This document shows, piece after piece, positions 23,501-36,493 of a stretch of DNA of 64,000 nucleotides. The stretch is from Azolla caroliniana (Eukaryota > Plantae > Polypodiophyta). Below the pieces are notes generated by a model that had not been told where the DNA came from, did no database searches, and saw nothing but the letters and a program-made list of their open reading frames with translations. The first letter of the stretch is position 1. Each line of letters opens with the position of its first letter. Position numbers and translations under genes: made by a program. The stretch is from positions 14,322,001 to 14,386,000 of the forward strand of contig JBHGNT010000007.1 of assembly GCA_043228905.1 (NCBI GenBank), given 5' to 3'.

Positions 23501-25310
23501 TACTGCCAACCTATAGTCTAGCAGCTAATTAGCTAAGTGGTAGCTAACTAGCTATTGCCAACCTATTGTCTAGCAGCTAATTAAGCAGTATCAAGAGTGA
23601 TAGGTAATTAGCTACTGCCATAGTTAAGAAGAATAACTATTTAGCTAAGATGTAGTAGTATCGAGCAGTATCAAGAGTGGCTACTAATTACCTACTATGT
23701 AGATAATTAGCTATCATGTTTAGAATTGAGCTAAGGTCATAGGAAAACACAAGAGAAGTCGTTAATTAGCTGACCTGTTGTTGTAGAATCTTGTGGATTA
23801 AGGAGGTTGCATGAGGTGTTCGATGCCGATGATGCCTCAACCTATGAAGAGATAGTTGGCAACGTGGTTGAAAGTAAGAGTCCTGCTATCACATCTCCTT
23901 CAGATCAAATCCACCCTATTCTTTTGGAAGATTGTATTGAATTAGGCAATGTTGTGAAAAGCCATGAAATATTGGAAACAATATGTAAATCTAAGGTTCA
24001 GAACTACAATGTTTTTTAACACTTGATGCAACATTTCTTCGAATCCCAAAATCTTGATTCAACCCCATCAAGCCCAACTGCTGATGATGTCCCACTAGAT
24101 CCCACTGTACTTGAAAAGATATCGCAAGACGTGGCTGACGTGAAAGCCGCTGCTGAGGCGATGGAAAGGTTGTCGGAGGAGGACACACTTGCGCAATGGG
24201 TGAATGAAGCAAGGCTAAATGGTCAACTGTCTAGAAAAAGGTTGATGAAGGGGCCACGATCAGGAACAAGACCAGTTACTCGATCAAGTGGCTCTTGAAT
24301 TGGAGCTAATTACTACCAATTACTGATAAATGGGATATGACTGTTAGCTATTTTCCTAGAAAATTAGGAAGATGGCCTATGGTCTATTTGGACAAGTAAC
24401 ACCTCAAATTAGTTGTTGCTTGATCCATATTATTTAATGGAACTCTATGATGGATATTAAGATAATATTATTATTTTGTTGCAAAATATTTCACGTTCAT
24501 TATGTTGTTTTGTAAGACTATTAACTCCTTTGTGAGTGTGAATATGTTGGTGTTTTCTGATGTTGCAGAGTCTAAAGGGTTTGAATCTGTTGCTCCTAAG
24601 GCTGATGGCAATGCGGAAACTGTTGATGTTGTTGCGTGTTTAGAGGGCCCCATCTTGAAAGTAGATGTAGCAACTGACACAAATGATCTGGTCACACAAG
24701 TAGATCAAGCATGTTGCACAGATGATCTGATTTTGCAGGTAGAATCTGCAACATGTGATAGTAGTGGGCTAATATCAACTAGACAAGTATCTACATGCAT
24801 AGAAGTAATGCCAGAACCTATGACACAGTCGACTATACAAGAGCAAAACAGTGTGAAGCTAGGCTCAATGACTACACAAGAGCAAAACAAGGTGAAGCCA
24901 AACCCAAAGACATAGTCGACCAAGGGTTTGAAGAGGAAAAGGATACCAATTGTGTCAATAGAACCTGAGTTGATTGAAATTGATCGTGTGCTACCAATAC
25001 TTGGTGTAATAGAGGCTCAGTTGTAGGAATGGAAACCTAAACCATTAGAAGACGAAAGAAGAGCCTTGACCTTGGAGCTTGATAGAGTGCTGATGAGTGT
25101 GTATATGACACCAAGGAGCGACGCGAATCAATTTCTAGAGTGGGTTGTGCAATACTTTGATTTCTTTATTTGGAGTGAAAAACCACGTTCAGATGTTTGG
25201 AAGTGTGTAGAACATTCTTCCCAAAGTGGCGACAACACTTCAAGGGTCAATGGACACGAGAAAGATGTGAGCAACAGGATATTGCAAGATTCAAACCCTA
25301 AACCCTAAAC
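20570..25310 (+). pseudogene. Probable spliced accessory gene of the adjacent DNA transposon, with a degenerate FCP1/NIF-like HAD motif near its end
   Basis: GC-richer ORF blocks (21253-21912, 21957-22283, 23787-24298, 24571-25308) bounded by GT..AG signals (CAG|GTATGT 20668, TTTCAG| 21252, TTGCAG| 24570) and separated by AT-rich DNA. Internal stops present. Confidence 0.45.
22274..23775. repeat. Complex satellite of the 14-bp palindrome TAGCTAATTAGCTA with recurring linkers
   Basis: Several dozen exact or 1-2 mismatch copies separated by 5-25 bp linkers drawn from a small set. Confidence 0.95.
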
Positions 25311-25319
25311 CCTAAACCC
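25293..25319 (+). repeat. Interstitial plant telomeric repeat (AAACCCT) x ~4
   Basis: AAACCCTAAACCCTAAACCCTAAACCC. Confidence 0.85.
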
Positions 25320-26009
25320 AATGAAATGCTTGATAACTACTTGATGAAAACATTGAGCTACCAACTAACTGCATGGATGTGGACACCATACCAAGCTCGG
25401 TATGTGGATCACATATGTAGAGAAGTTCCACTGACCAACAAGAGCTTAGCTATTTATAGGTGCTTTGTAGACATTGCCAATGGTGTATTATAAATATGTA
25501 ATTTGATGACAGATTAATCAATGAAGAATTAAATAGCTTGTTTTGAGTAAATTATCTATTGTGTAATTTTAAAATAGATCATTGATTTCTAATTTCATGC
25601 TGTTGGTTGTTCTCAGAATGACAAATTGTTTGAACTTGTGCATGGATCACTTGAGAGTAAAAAAATCATTGCCATTATGGACATTGAACATACATTAAAA
25701 CTGAAAGTTACAATAAGTAAAATTGACAGTAGAATTGACTGTAATCAATACACATTTACCAGACACGATTTTATTAAGAAACAAGAACAGAAAAAGACTC
25801 CCAAACGATTTTATTAAACTGTATTTTTGCAATACAACTATTTTGTCCATTTTACAAGAGAAATGGTATGATCTCCTTGTAGCTACAAATTCCATGGCAT
25901 ATTGTTGTAAATACATTCATATACATTAGCACTAATTGTGTATAAATCTGAGCAGCTATTGTATTGCGACATCGGGACGTTGATGCACCTAATCAAATGA
26001 GAGTACATG

Positions 26010-26958
26010 TATGCTACTGGTTTGTCTTCTAAAAGACTATACACATAATCATAATCATCTATCTTGCATAAAAAATACCTTCGATGTAGAATGTCCCGGC
26101 ATATACAAAATTTCCCCAAGCATCTACAATATTCTGCGTTGTACATTGTTTAGAAACTGTGCACTTCAATATATAGAAATCAACACCCTCTGAATTGTCT
26201 TCTTCTACATTTACAATGAAATTATCCCCAATGTTTATGACATCACTCAGAGTATCTCCACGGCCCTGATATGTGAAGTCAACATTGTTTATTGTTTTTC
26301 CATCCATTAGGTCCTTTTCATTCATTCAATGTATGGTACTCCCAAATCTGAATATATGCTTTGTTTAAACAATACCTCCAATTTCCCTGCACACAATGGA
26401 AGCAAAAACAAGTTAATCCTCTAACCGCAATACAATGACCATCCAACCTAGAATAACCCCAAACAACATGGAGAGATTGCAATTCGGGAATTCCTTGACA
26501 CTCCGAAGTCTTCTCCCTATTTACTTCATCTATCTTCACTTCCCAAAATTCACGTTTGATATCTCGGACCTGTGAGGAATAAACACCAGTTGCACTCGTT
26601 GACATATTGGCTCTTAAAAATTCGACTACATGTGCTGCACAATTGATATGCACACTATCTGCCTTTAGTTGTTCATGGGTAAGTGCCCGCTTTATAACTG
26701 CACCTTTACCATCATGTTCACCTTTACCATGGCCAGACCCAAAAAAATTCCATCTTATCTCCAAACCTGTTACAGAAAAATACCTCCCAACAAAATAAAA
26801 TGGATGTGTAGCCTTGAATTGTGACGCAACTTCGTCAGACCAAACACAATGTCGAGTAAGCTCCGAACGTTGACATAATAACCATTGCTAATGTAACAAG
26901 AACAGTGTTGGACAAACAAGGTATCATGCTTCTTATCATCAGAAATATGGTCATGCCC
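26010..26958 (-). pseudogene. DDD transposase C-terminal half, Sola (probably Sola2)-like, decayed
   Basis: Motifs ISDDKKHDTLFVQHC, VWSDEVASQFK, WNFFGSGHGKGEHDG and a C-terminal CFCFHC, spread over shifted frames. Superfamily assigned from motif recall only. Confidence 0.7.
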
Positions 26959-29900
26959 GTAAGAATGGAACTCGTACACACTGATGTATGCTATGTAGAT
27001 GTTAGGTCTCATTTTGGTGGAAAGTACTTCGTTACCTTCATTGATGATCATAGTCGTAAGTTGTGGGCTTTTGTATTGAAGATGAAGGATCAAGTATTAG
27101 GTGTCTTCAAGGAGTTCCAGGCGAGAGCCGAGAGAGAAACCAGACGAAAGTTGAACGCGGTCTGGACGGACAATGGTGGTGAATACTGAGGGCAATTCGA
27201 AGAGTATTGTATTTGGATCGAATACACATTGCCAAAGATGTCGAAGTTAAACGGTATGGTTGAGAGAATGAACCAGACCATCATGGAGAGAGTCTGATGT
27301 ATGCTGGCCCATGCGAAGTTGTTGAAGATATATTGGACCGAGGTGATGATGACAACCATTTACATATAAACAAGTCTCTCTCGGTACCATTGGAAGGTGA
27401 CATACAACAAAGGGTATGCTTTGGCAAGGATGTGTCATACAAGCATTTGAGGGTGTTCGGTTGCCTGGCCTACGTGCATGTAGTTAAGGACAAGAGGAGG
27501 AAATTCGATCCCAAGAGTCAACCATGTCTATTTCTCGGCTATGAAGAAGATGAATTCGGCTATCGGCTATGGAACCTAATTGATAAGAAGGTGATTAGGA
27601 GCTGAGATATTGTCTTTATGGAAGAGAAGACAATAGCCGATTGGGAGATGGAAAATAGGCCTCCAATTGCCGATTCGAGCCGATTTGATGATTAGTCAAA
27701 TCGAATATTGGTTAATTTGACCGAAATCGAATATGAACCAGTCGGCCGTGTAGATAATCGGCAAAGTCGAGAGCCTACTAACGAACGAAGGGAACCAGCT
27801 GACCAAGGATCTAAATCCGATGAAGAGATGACCGAAGATATTGAACAGGAGCTGAATGCGTCAAATAAAGGCCAAAGATACCCTCTAAGAGAGAGAATGC
27901 CCCCCCGGAGATTTCCGGATAGAGAATATGTGTTGTTCACTGATGAGGGGGAGCCGAAAATCTTCGAGGAAGAAAAGAGAGACACCCACAGCATGAGAAC
28001 CACACATACCAATTGACCGAGTTTCCGAAAGGGAAAAGGGTACTCCGAAATAACTGGGTATAGAAATTGAAGTCGGGAGAAAGTGGGAATCCACCCAGAT
28101 ACAAAGCACAAATCGTGGTGAAAGGCTTTCAACAGAAGAAGGGTGTAGATTTCGACGAAATATTTACCCCGGTTATAAAAATGATATCGATTCGGACAGT
28201 GTTGAGCATAGCAACCAACATGGACTTAGAAGTACAGAAGTTAGACGTCAAGACTGCCTTTCTACATGAAAATCTAGAGGAAGAGATCTACATGCAACAA
28301 CCAAAGGGATTTGTGGAGAAAGGAAAGGAGAACTTGGTATGCCAACTGAGGAAGAGCTTATACGGATTAAAGCAAGCACCTGGAAAATGGTACTGAAAGT
28401 TCGAATCATCCATGGTGGATCACGGTTTCAGCAAGACACAAGCCGATCATTGTGTTTTTGTTAAGAAATGTGATGGAGGAGACTTTCTCATCCTCCTATT
28501 GTATGTTGAAGACATGCTAATTGTCAAACAGGACCTAAAGAAAATCGGAAGTTTGAAGAAGACCCTGAGCAAGTTGTTCACAATGAAGGATATGGGTCCG
28601 ACAAGGAAAATATTGGGAATGCACATTGTCTAGGATAGGACAAAGAGACTTTTGTGGTTGTCACTGAAGAAGTATGTGACGAAGATGCTCTAGAGATTCA
28701 ACATGGAAAACACAAAACCGGTTGGCCCAACACTACCGACAAATTGCAAGCTGAATAGAGGCCAATGTCTTAATATATGAAAGCGGAGAAAACTGAGATA
28801 ACATGATCCCATATGCCTCAACAGTCAGAACCCTAATGTATGCAATGGTGTGCATTAGACTGGACATTTCTTATGTTGTCGGAGTATGTTGAACGAGCAA
28901 GCTCAACTTGGGCCAGATCGGCTGAAGAATCCAAGAACCGGATCGGATTGGACCGATCGGTTATGCTCGGATTAGCTGAAGAAGCCAAGTGTCGGATCGG
29001 ATGGAGACTGATTGGCGAGGCCGGATCGGTGGGAGCCGAAAAGCCGTTGGAAAGATATTTCATGAAGGAATATATTGGGGAGTTAGTGTAAGGGCTCATT
29101 TATGAGCATTCGAGTACTGATGATACTTGTGTCAGTCCATTTAAGGACATGTATAAAAGTTCTCTCTCAGCACATTCAATGTACAAAGTGCTTATTATTT
29201 TTTGAAATAGGTTTATGTTCTGCTCTCTCTCTGTCTCTCCCGCATACTCTTTGTGCATTTGAAGCTTTCCATTAAACCTGCGTATTGTATGTTGCTATAT
29301 GTCTGAGTCGTTTGTGTCTACACTTCCACACCTAACTGTTTTCATGGTATCAAAGCACGAGGGTTAGAACATCCTCTACTACTGACAAGGGCTTTCGACA
29401 CAAAACAAGACTTAACACCCAGTAAGATCAGACAAGAAGAGAAATGGACATAGGAATGGCTAGCTTGCTTCAGACAGAGAAGCTCGACAGAAGCAACTAC
29501 GCATCTTGGTTGTACAAGATGCACCAATACTTGCTCGGACATGGATACTGGATTTATGTCAATGGAGCTAACGATGCAGCACCGGATGCAACACACGCAA
29601 AATTTTTGGAATGGGAACAAGCGGCAAGCAAGGTAATGTACTACTTTGCGTCCAGTGTTGGCGACCAACTTTTGAGCTACATCCAGGACGCCAAAACGTG
29701 AAAGGATGCTTGGGGAAATCTAAAGAAAATTTTCGTTGCAAGCACCACAATCAGAAATCTTCAACTCAGACTAGAGTTAAGCAATGTTCGACAAAGAGAT
29801 ATGTCGATGGCTAACTACACGTCCATGATCAAGGAGATCTACAACTCCCTCGCCTTTGTCAACATGAACGTCGAGCAGGATGAAATGGTGCAGGTTTGTC

Positions 29901-31965
29901 TTGGGGGGTTGGCGTCAAAGTTCAGAGCATTCAGAACGGTAGTCTACATGAGGGAGAATACACCGACATTTTTCGAGCTACAATTGATGTTGCTCGTAGG
30001 AGAAAACCACTCGAGTTCATCGAGGAGTATGCACACCGTCAGCAAGATGTTGTACATGGAAGAAGATAGGTCCTGTGGTTGTGGGGGATGAGGCGGGTCA
30101 ACACACAATGGAGGCTACTGATAAGAGCAAAACAGAAGCCATAATCAAAATGCCGACAACAATTCCAGACCTTCTAGAAATACGGGGAGTCAAGGCGGCA
30201 TTGGAAACCGACAAGCAAAAGTCGAAACAAAATGCTGGTACTGTGACAAGAAGGACCATACAAAGAGAGAGTGTTGGAAGAAGCGCTCCGATTTGGGCAA
30301 ACCCAGATCGAGCAGGGGTGACGCCGATAGGCGTCAAAGATCGCACTACACCGAAGGCTTAGGAGGAACTAGAAATGGATGAAGGAAAGCACCTCGAAAC
30401 CGAACGAGGTATGGTATGTTGATCCTGGAGCGTCAACCCATGTGATGAGCCACAAGGAGTGGTTCTTATATTTCAAGAAACTAGAATAACTAGGGGTTGT
30501 CGAAACCGGTGATAACACCGCACATACCATCAAACATGTCGGTGAAGTTCGCTTAAACCATGTCAGACAAAAAGGGAAGCTAATGAACATCTTGCACGTC
30601 CCGAAAATCACAAAGAACTTGGTGTCGTTCGAATAGATTGTCGACCAAGGGATTTAGGTTCGGTTCACACACCTCAGGTGTTTCATCAAGGAAGAGGGCA
30701 AGGTCATCGCACAAGGGCACCAAGAAGGGAGGATGTTCATCCTCGAAACGAACGAAGTCAGAACCGCGATGTTTGCGAAAGGGAAAAAGGTTGAGTCGGA
30801 CATCAACTTATGGCACAAGCGGTTCGGCCATGTCAACTTCCTGTGGCTTCAAGAAATGCAGATGAAGAATATCATGTTCAGGTTGCCGAAATTCAATGGT
30901 CGATAATAGCCAAGCCTATGAAGCCTCCGAACTAGGGAAGCACCGCCAACTTCCATTCCCCAACAAGCAAAATTGGCTTGATTTGATCCATTCAGATGTG
31001 TGGGGACTGGCACAGAATGTGAGCATCGGAGGAAGCCATTACTTTGTAACCTTCCTCGATGACGACACTCGGCATACTTGGGCGTGGTTGATTGCAAAGA
31101 AGAGTGAAGTCTTCGCTTGCTTCCTGAAGGTGAAGAGCCTCGCTCAACAGGGAACCGGCAGAAAAATCAAGTGCATGAGGTCCGATGGCGGAAAAGAGTA
31201 CCTTTTCTACCATTTCTCAAGTTATCTGGAGAAGGAAGGAATTCGGCAAGAGTTCTCTTGCAGATACACTCCGGAGCAGAATGGTGTGGCCGAGTGGAAG
31301 AATCGGAATATAGAGGAGGTGACATACACAATGCTTGAGGAGAAGCATATGCCTTAGCTTTACTAGGTCGAAGTGGTTTGGAGGGACTTCTACTTGAAGA
31401 ATCAGACATCTACAAATGGAGATGTCACCACATGAGGGTATTCGGCAGCCAAGCATAGGTGCATGTGCTGAAGGAGAAACAGAGGAAGCTAGACGTGAAA
31501 GCCGAGAAGTGCATTATGTTCGGCTACTCGGACGAGCAGAAGGGTTATAAGTGTTATAACCCCTGAACAAAAGAGGTTTGAGTAAGATGAGATGTTGTTT
31601 TCGACGAGTCAGCTTCGTGGTACTTACCCTCATCTCCAGACCCCGACAACTCCATTCCGATCTTTGTGGATGAGGTCAGTGAGGCTGAAATGCCTCTGGA
31701 CAAAGAAGAAGTTGCAGCTTTAGAAGAGAGTTTGACCTCATTCCGGCTAAGTGGGTTGAATGAGAAACAAAGTCGGAATGACTAGTCGAATGAGTAGTGG
31801 ACACTCGGCCATGTTCTCCCGGCACAAGGAACCGAGGAGACGGTTCATGCGTAAAGACAAGGGGAAGAAGAAGATGTCGTAGTACATCACAAACAAAGAC
31901 GAATCGGAGCGAAGCGAATCCAACTTTGGAAAGCTTGAAGACAGACCTCCGAAGAAGACGATCGC

Positions 31966-34900
31966 CAATTCCATCCGGTTGCCGGCTCTGTCCGATTTTC
32001 AATTGTCGGCTCCGTCTGATTCCTAGTTGCGGGATTCGTCCGGTCGTCGCCTCCATCTGGTTTCCGGTTGCCGCCGTCCGGTTCCGGTTCGATCACCAGT
32101 TCCATCCAGTTGCCAACTCCGTCCAATTTCCAGTTATTGGCTCCGTCCAATCGCCAGTTACCGAATTTGTTTGGTCGCCGGCTCCATCCAATTTCCGGTT
32201 GCCATATCCGCCCGGTTTCTGGTTCCCGACTTTGTTGCCGGTTCTATACAATTGCCAGCTCAATCCAAATTCTGGTTGCCGACTCCGTCCGGTTTTCGTT
32301 ACTATCATTGACCGGTTTGAGTTCCATCACTGGCCAGTTCGAGCAACTTAGCCACATCCGACGACTTAGCCACATGAGTCCTTTTAAACAAAAGTGGCCC
32401 AAGCCCAACTATTTCTTTTGTGCTCTTAACATATAGATGAAAAATTGATGGTTCTCAATCTGCTTATATAGCTGGCTCGTAAAGTTTCCTATCTATGTGG
32501 GATATTTCAAAATTCTATTTTCCTTATCTTCTCAAACTTCATGTCCACATAACTTGATATGTAGTTGTCTATTTTATATGTAGTAAAATGTGTTTTGAAG
32601 CTCTTGAGTACATCCATCTTTCCATATCAAGTCGCTAATCAAATCTAAAATAATTATTTCATTATTTTTTTTACATAGTTTTCATATCCTGTGTGAAAAA
32701 CCACACGACATTCACCCCCACCAAACCTGCACATCCACCAATATGTGCCAATTGTAGTGAGGTTCCTCTTTTGATTATTCTACTTCATCGAAGTTTCTTC
32801 TTTATACCTGAACTGCCGTTGCCATCCAATCCACCATATTCTTCGCTCACTCTTTGCATTTCCGTGGCTGGTTGCCATGGCTCCCTTTTCTCTTGTAGAG
32901 CATAATGCTTCATGCTTTGTGCATGTGCCACCTTCATCTCAACCATCTCCTTGGTCATCTAACTTTCTTTTATCATCCTTTCTTGTTCCATGCATGCCTT
33001 TCAAAGGCCTTATCGAAATACTATTGTTGAGTACTCTTAGTGGTTCATTCTTCAATTGCATGCTCATCTCGAGGTCCTTAAGTGAATACATTTCATGCTT
33101 CTCACTTTTTCTACTTTCGTGGTATACTTTGGAGTTGACCATGACTTGTTGCACGCACTAGTTTCAACCCTTGCTTCCTCACTGCCACCGTCCTTCTCTT
33201 GGGTCTTACATCGGTTAATGCCCAAGTCTCTCAAACGAGTGTGGAGGGATCGATACGCTTTCATAGTTTGTCTTTGTCATGCTACCCTTAGCCACTTCGA
33301 CCTTATGGTTGTCCACATTGGCTTTGGCCTTTGTTTCTTTGCCGCCACCTTCCAGCTCTTGGATCTTACATCGGTTAATGCCCAAGTCTCAAGAACTTTT
33401 GTGGGGAAAGTTTCTTCATGATGATCGTCTACCCTCTTCATCTTGATGTCTCCCTCTTCTTCGCATGTGTTAGCTTCGGCCTTCACTTCCTCGTCGCCAC
33501 CTTCCATCTGTTGGGTCTCACATTTGCTTTCCGATGTATCTGCCCCAAGAATCTAGAACAAGTGTGGAGAAAGTCTTGACACGACCATCCGCCATTGACT
33601 CATCCATAGACACCTCTGACTCGATGTTGTTTTTCGTGGCTATCTCCTCCATCATGTCGGCCTCACACTTTTTTCTCTCCCTTGATCAAGCAAGCTTTGC
33701 TCATGCTTGCACCTTCATCACTTGATGTTTCAGACATGATGCGTGTTTCGAAACATTTGTCTTCGCTTGAATTGGCATTCGCCACCCTTGATTCATTTGT
33801 TTCATTCTTCATCATTGTTTCTTTGCAAGACAAGAAGGTGTCTTGTTCCACATCTTCTCCTGTGGTGTTGTCGTACCGAAATTGGGCCTTCGTATTGGTC
33901 ATATCATGACTCCACCTTTGTTGGGAGGTCTCTTCTTCCTTGATAACCATTTTAATCGGTTTTGGCTCCATTATATGATTCTCTTTGGCCTCGACTTGAA
34001 GCTTTAATTTCTCATATGCCTCGTTTATGAAGGCCTCTATGTCGAGTAACATCGAACCTTCCCTCTTCAAGCTCTCTTCTTTACGTGGTAGTTTGTTGTG
34101 GCTTCTTGTCCTCCTTTCACCATTCGTCCTGGGTTGTGTTGTTGTCGATGATAATCTTGTCTTCCTCTTATCGTGTAGTTGACATACTCTTTCCACTTTC
34201 GTCCAATCCTCGGTGAGGCCATTTGCACCATCGTCATCCTCAAGTCGGATTCCAATGGCTTTCCTTTCCTTTAGATCTATTGATTTTATGAACATTAGGA
34301 CTTTATCCACCCCCACCAATCTTTGATCCCGCTCCGAGAGTTGTGCAAAGCGACACTCAAACTCAACGAAAGCATGCACGGTACTTTGGTGGGTCTTTAA
34401 TGATGATACCCATTGGTCAAACTTGTATAGGCTGCATCTCTTCGGCTCTTTGTATCTATATGTCTCCATGAGATATCCTCCTACCGCCTCGTTTCACATC
34501 AGGTTCACCAAAGATGTCGCGAAAATACGAAGAGGATACGTGAACTTGAGGCAGGACCTCGGGGCCTCCGACTAGAGGATATCACATTTGTGTGTTTATA
34601 TTTTTAACAATTAACAGAAATAAGAAATTTAATCATTTTCATTAACAAAGGAAAAGAAATTACAATATGTCCCAAGATTGGGATTTAGAAGTTTTAGGTT
34701 TACTGAGATTAATAGAAAAGAAAAATTACGGGTTTGAGAGATATGGCTTCTGTAGGGAAAATTAGGGTTTTTGCGTGTTATGGCTTCCATAGGGAAAATT
34801 AGAATTAGGTTATACGAGAGATATCTCTTCCGTAGGGAAAATTAGGGTTTTCGAGTGTTATGGCTTCTGTAGGGAAAATTAGGGTTTTTGAGTGTTATGG

Positions 34901-35953
34901 CTTCGATAAGATAAGAGAGTTAAGAAGGAAAAGAAAATAAAAATAGAGAGAGAATGAGTGTTGGAAAAAAAATGGAATTTATCTAGGTTTCTTTGTTGAT
35001 CCCTCCTTTCATGTTCCTTTGCCTCCCCACATTTAGTTGCATGGCTTTTACCTTTAGTTCCATGCCTTCCACATGACCTTTATGCATGGCCTCCACCTTT
35101 AGTTGCATTCCTTCCACATGACCTTTACTTTAATTTACTTTACTTTAGTTTAGTCGCATGATCCTATAATCCGTAAAGTTTGGCTCATGCTTTGATCCGT
35201 GCAGTCCGCGTCCGGCCTCATCCGTCCAGTCCGGTTCTGGTTCGATTGCCGGTTCCATCCGGTCGCCAGTTGCCGGATTCGTCTAGTCGCCGGCTCCATC
35301 CAGTTTCCGGTTTCCGCCGTTCGGTTTCGGTTCAATTGCTGGTTCCATCCGGTTGCCAGCTCCGTCCGATTTCCGGTTGTCGGCTCCGTCCATTTTACCG
35401 GTTGCCGGATTTGTCCGGTCGCTGGATCCATCCGATTTCCGGTTGCCATATCCACCCGGTTTCCGGTTGTCGGCTTTGTTGCCGGTTCTATACAATTGCC
35501 AGCTTAATCAAAATTCTGGTTGCCGACTCCATCCGATTTTCGGTACTATCACCGACCGGTTTGAGTTCCATCACCGGCCGGTTCGAGCAACTTAGCCACA
35601 TCCGGCGACTTAGCCACATCTGTCCTTTTAGACAAAAGTAGCCCAAGCCCAACTATTTCTTTTGTGCTCTTAACACAGAGATGAAAACTGATGGTTTTCA
35701 ATCTGCTTATATAGCTGGCTCCTAAAGTTTCCTATCTATGTGAGATATTTCAAAATTCTATTTTCCTTATCTTCTCAAACTTCATGTCCACATAACTTGA
35801 TATGTAGTTGTCCATTTTATATGTAGTAAAATGCGTTTTGAAGCTCTTGAGTACATCCATCTTTCCATATCAAGCCACTAATACAATCTCAAATAATTAT
35901 TTCATTATTGTTTTTACATAGTTTTCATATCGTGTGTGAAAAACCACATGACA
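31966..35953 (-). mobile_element. L-family non-autonomous element D (gag-like ORF only, no pol) inserted in Copia C
   Basis: 5' LTR 34515-35953, partial 3' LTR ~31966-32710 (direct repeat of ~35260-35953). PBS 34494-34510, PPT at 32711. The 1.8-kb interior holds ORF 33663-34469. Confidence 0.82.
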
Positions 35954-36493
35954 ACGGAAATGGCAAAGGATGCACATTGGCACACCGCAATGGAGGAAGA
36001 GATTCATGCATTTGAGAAGAATGAAACATGGGACCTGGTTGGCGCACTAAAGGGTCTGAGGCCGATCAGATGCAGGTGGGTGTACAAGGTCAAGTACAAC
36101 ACCAACGGTTTCGTCAACAGGTACAAGGCCCGACTGGTGGCAAAGGGCTATGCACAACAACCGGGCATCGACTACGATGAGACGTCCATGTTTGCTAGCG
36201 GTAACCGCGGCAAAGGGGTGGCACTTACATCAAATGGATGTAAAGAATGCATTCCTGCAAGGTGAGCTTGAGGAACACGTTTGTTGTTTGCCTACTGAAG
36301 AATTCCCTCTATGGACTTAAGCAAGCCCCGCATGCCTGGAACGTGAAGATCATGCAGTGTCTGCGTCAGATGGGGTTTGCCACGTTGAGCTCAGACTCTT
36401 CAGTTTTCTCTCTGGCAAAGTCAAAATGGGCCGATAATTATTTTACTTTATGTTGATGATTTAGTCATTGTCGGCACCAACCTAGAGGAAATC

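Noticed and set aside
22274-23775. CRISPR-like appearance (palindromic repeats with spacers)
   Set aside because: The repeat is only 14 bp, the linkers vary in length and recur many times, there are no cas genes, and the context is eukaryotic.
31797-32436. Overlapping Arg/Pro/Gly-rich ORFs, also at 35150-35641
   Set aside because: They arise from CCGGTT-rich repeats inside L LTRs.
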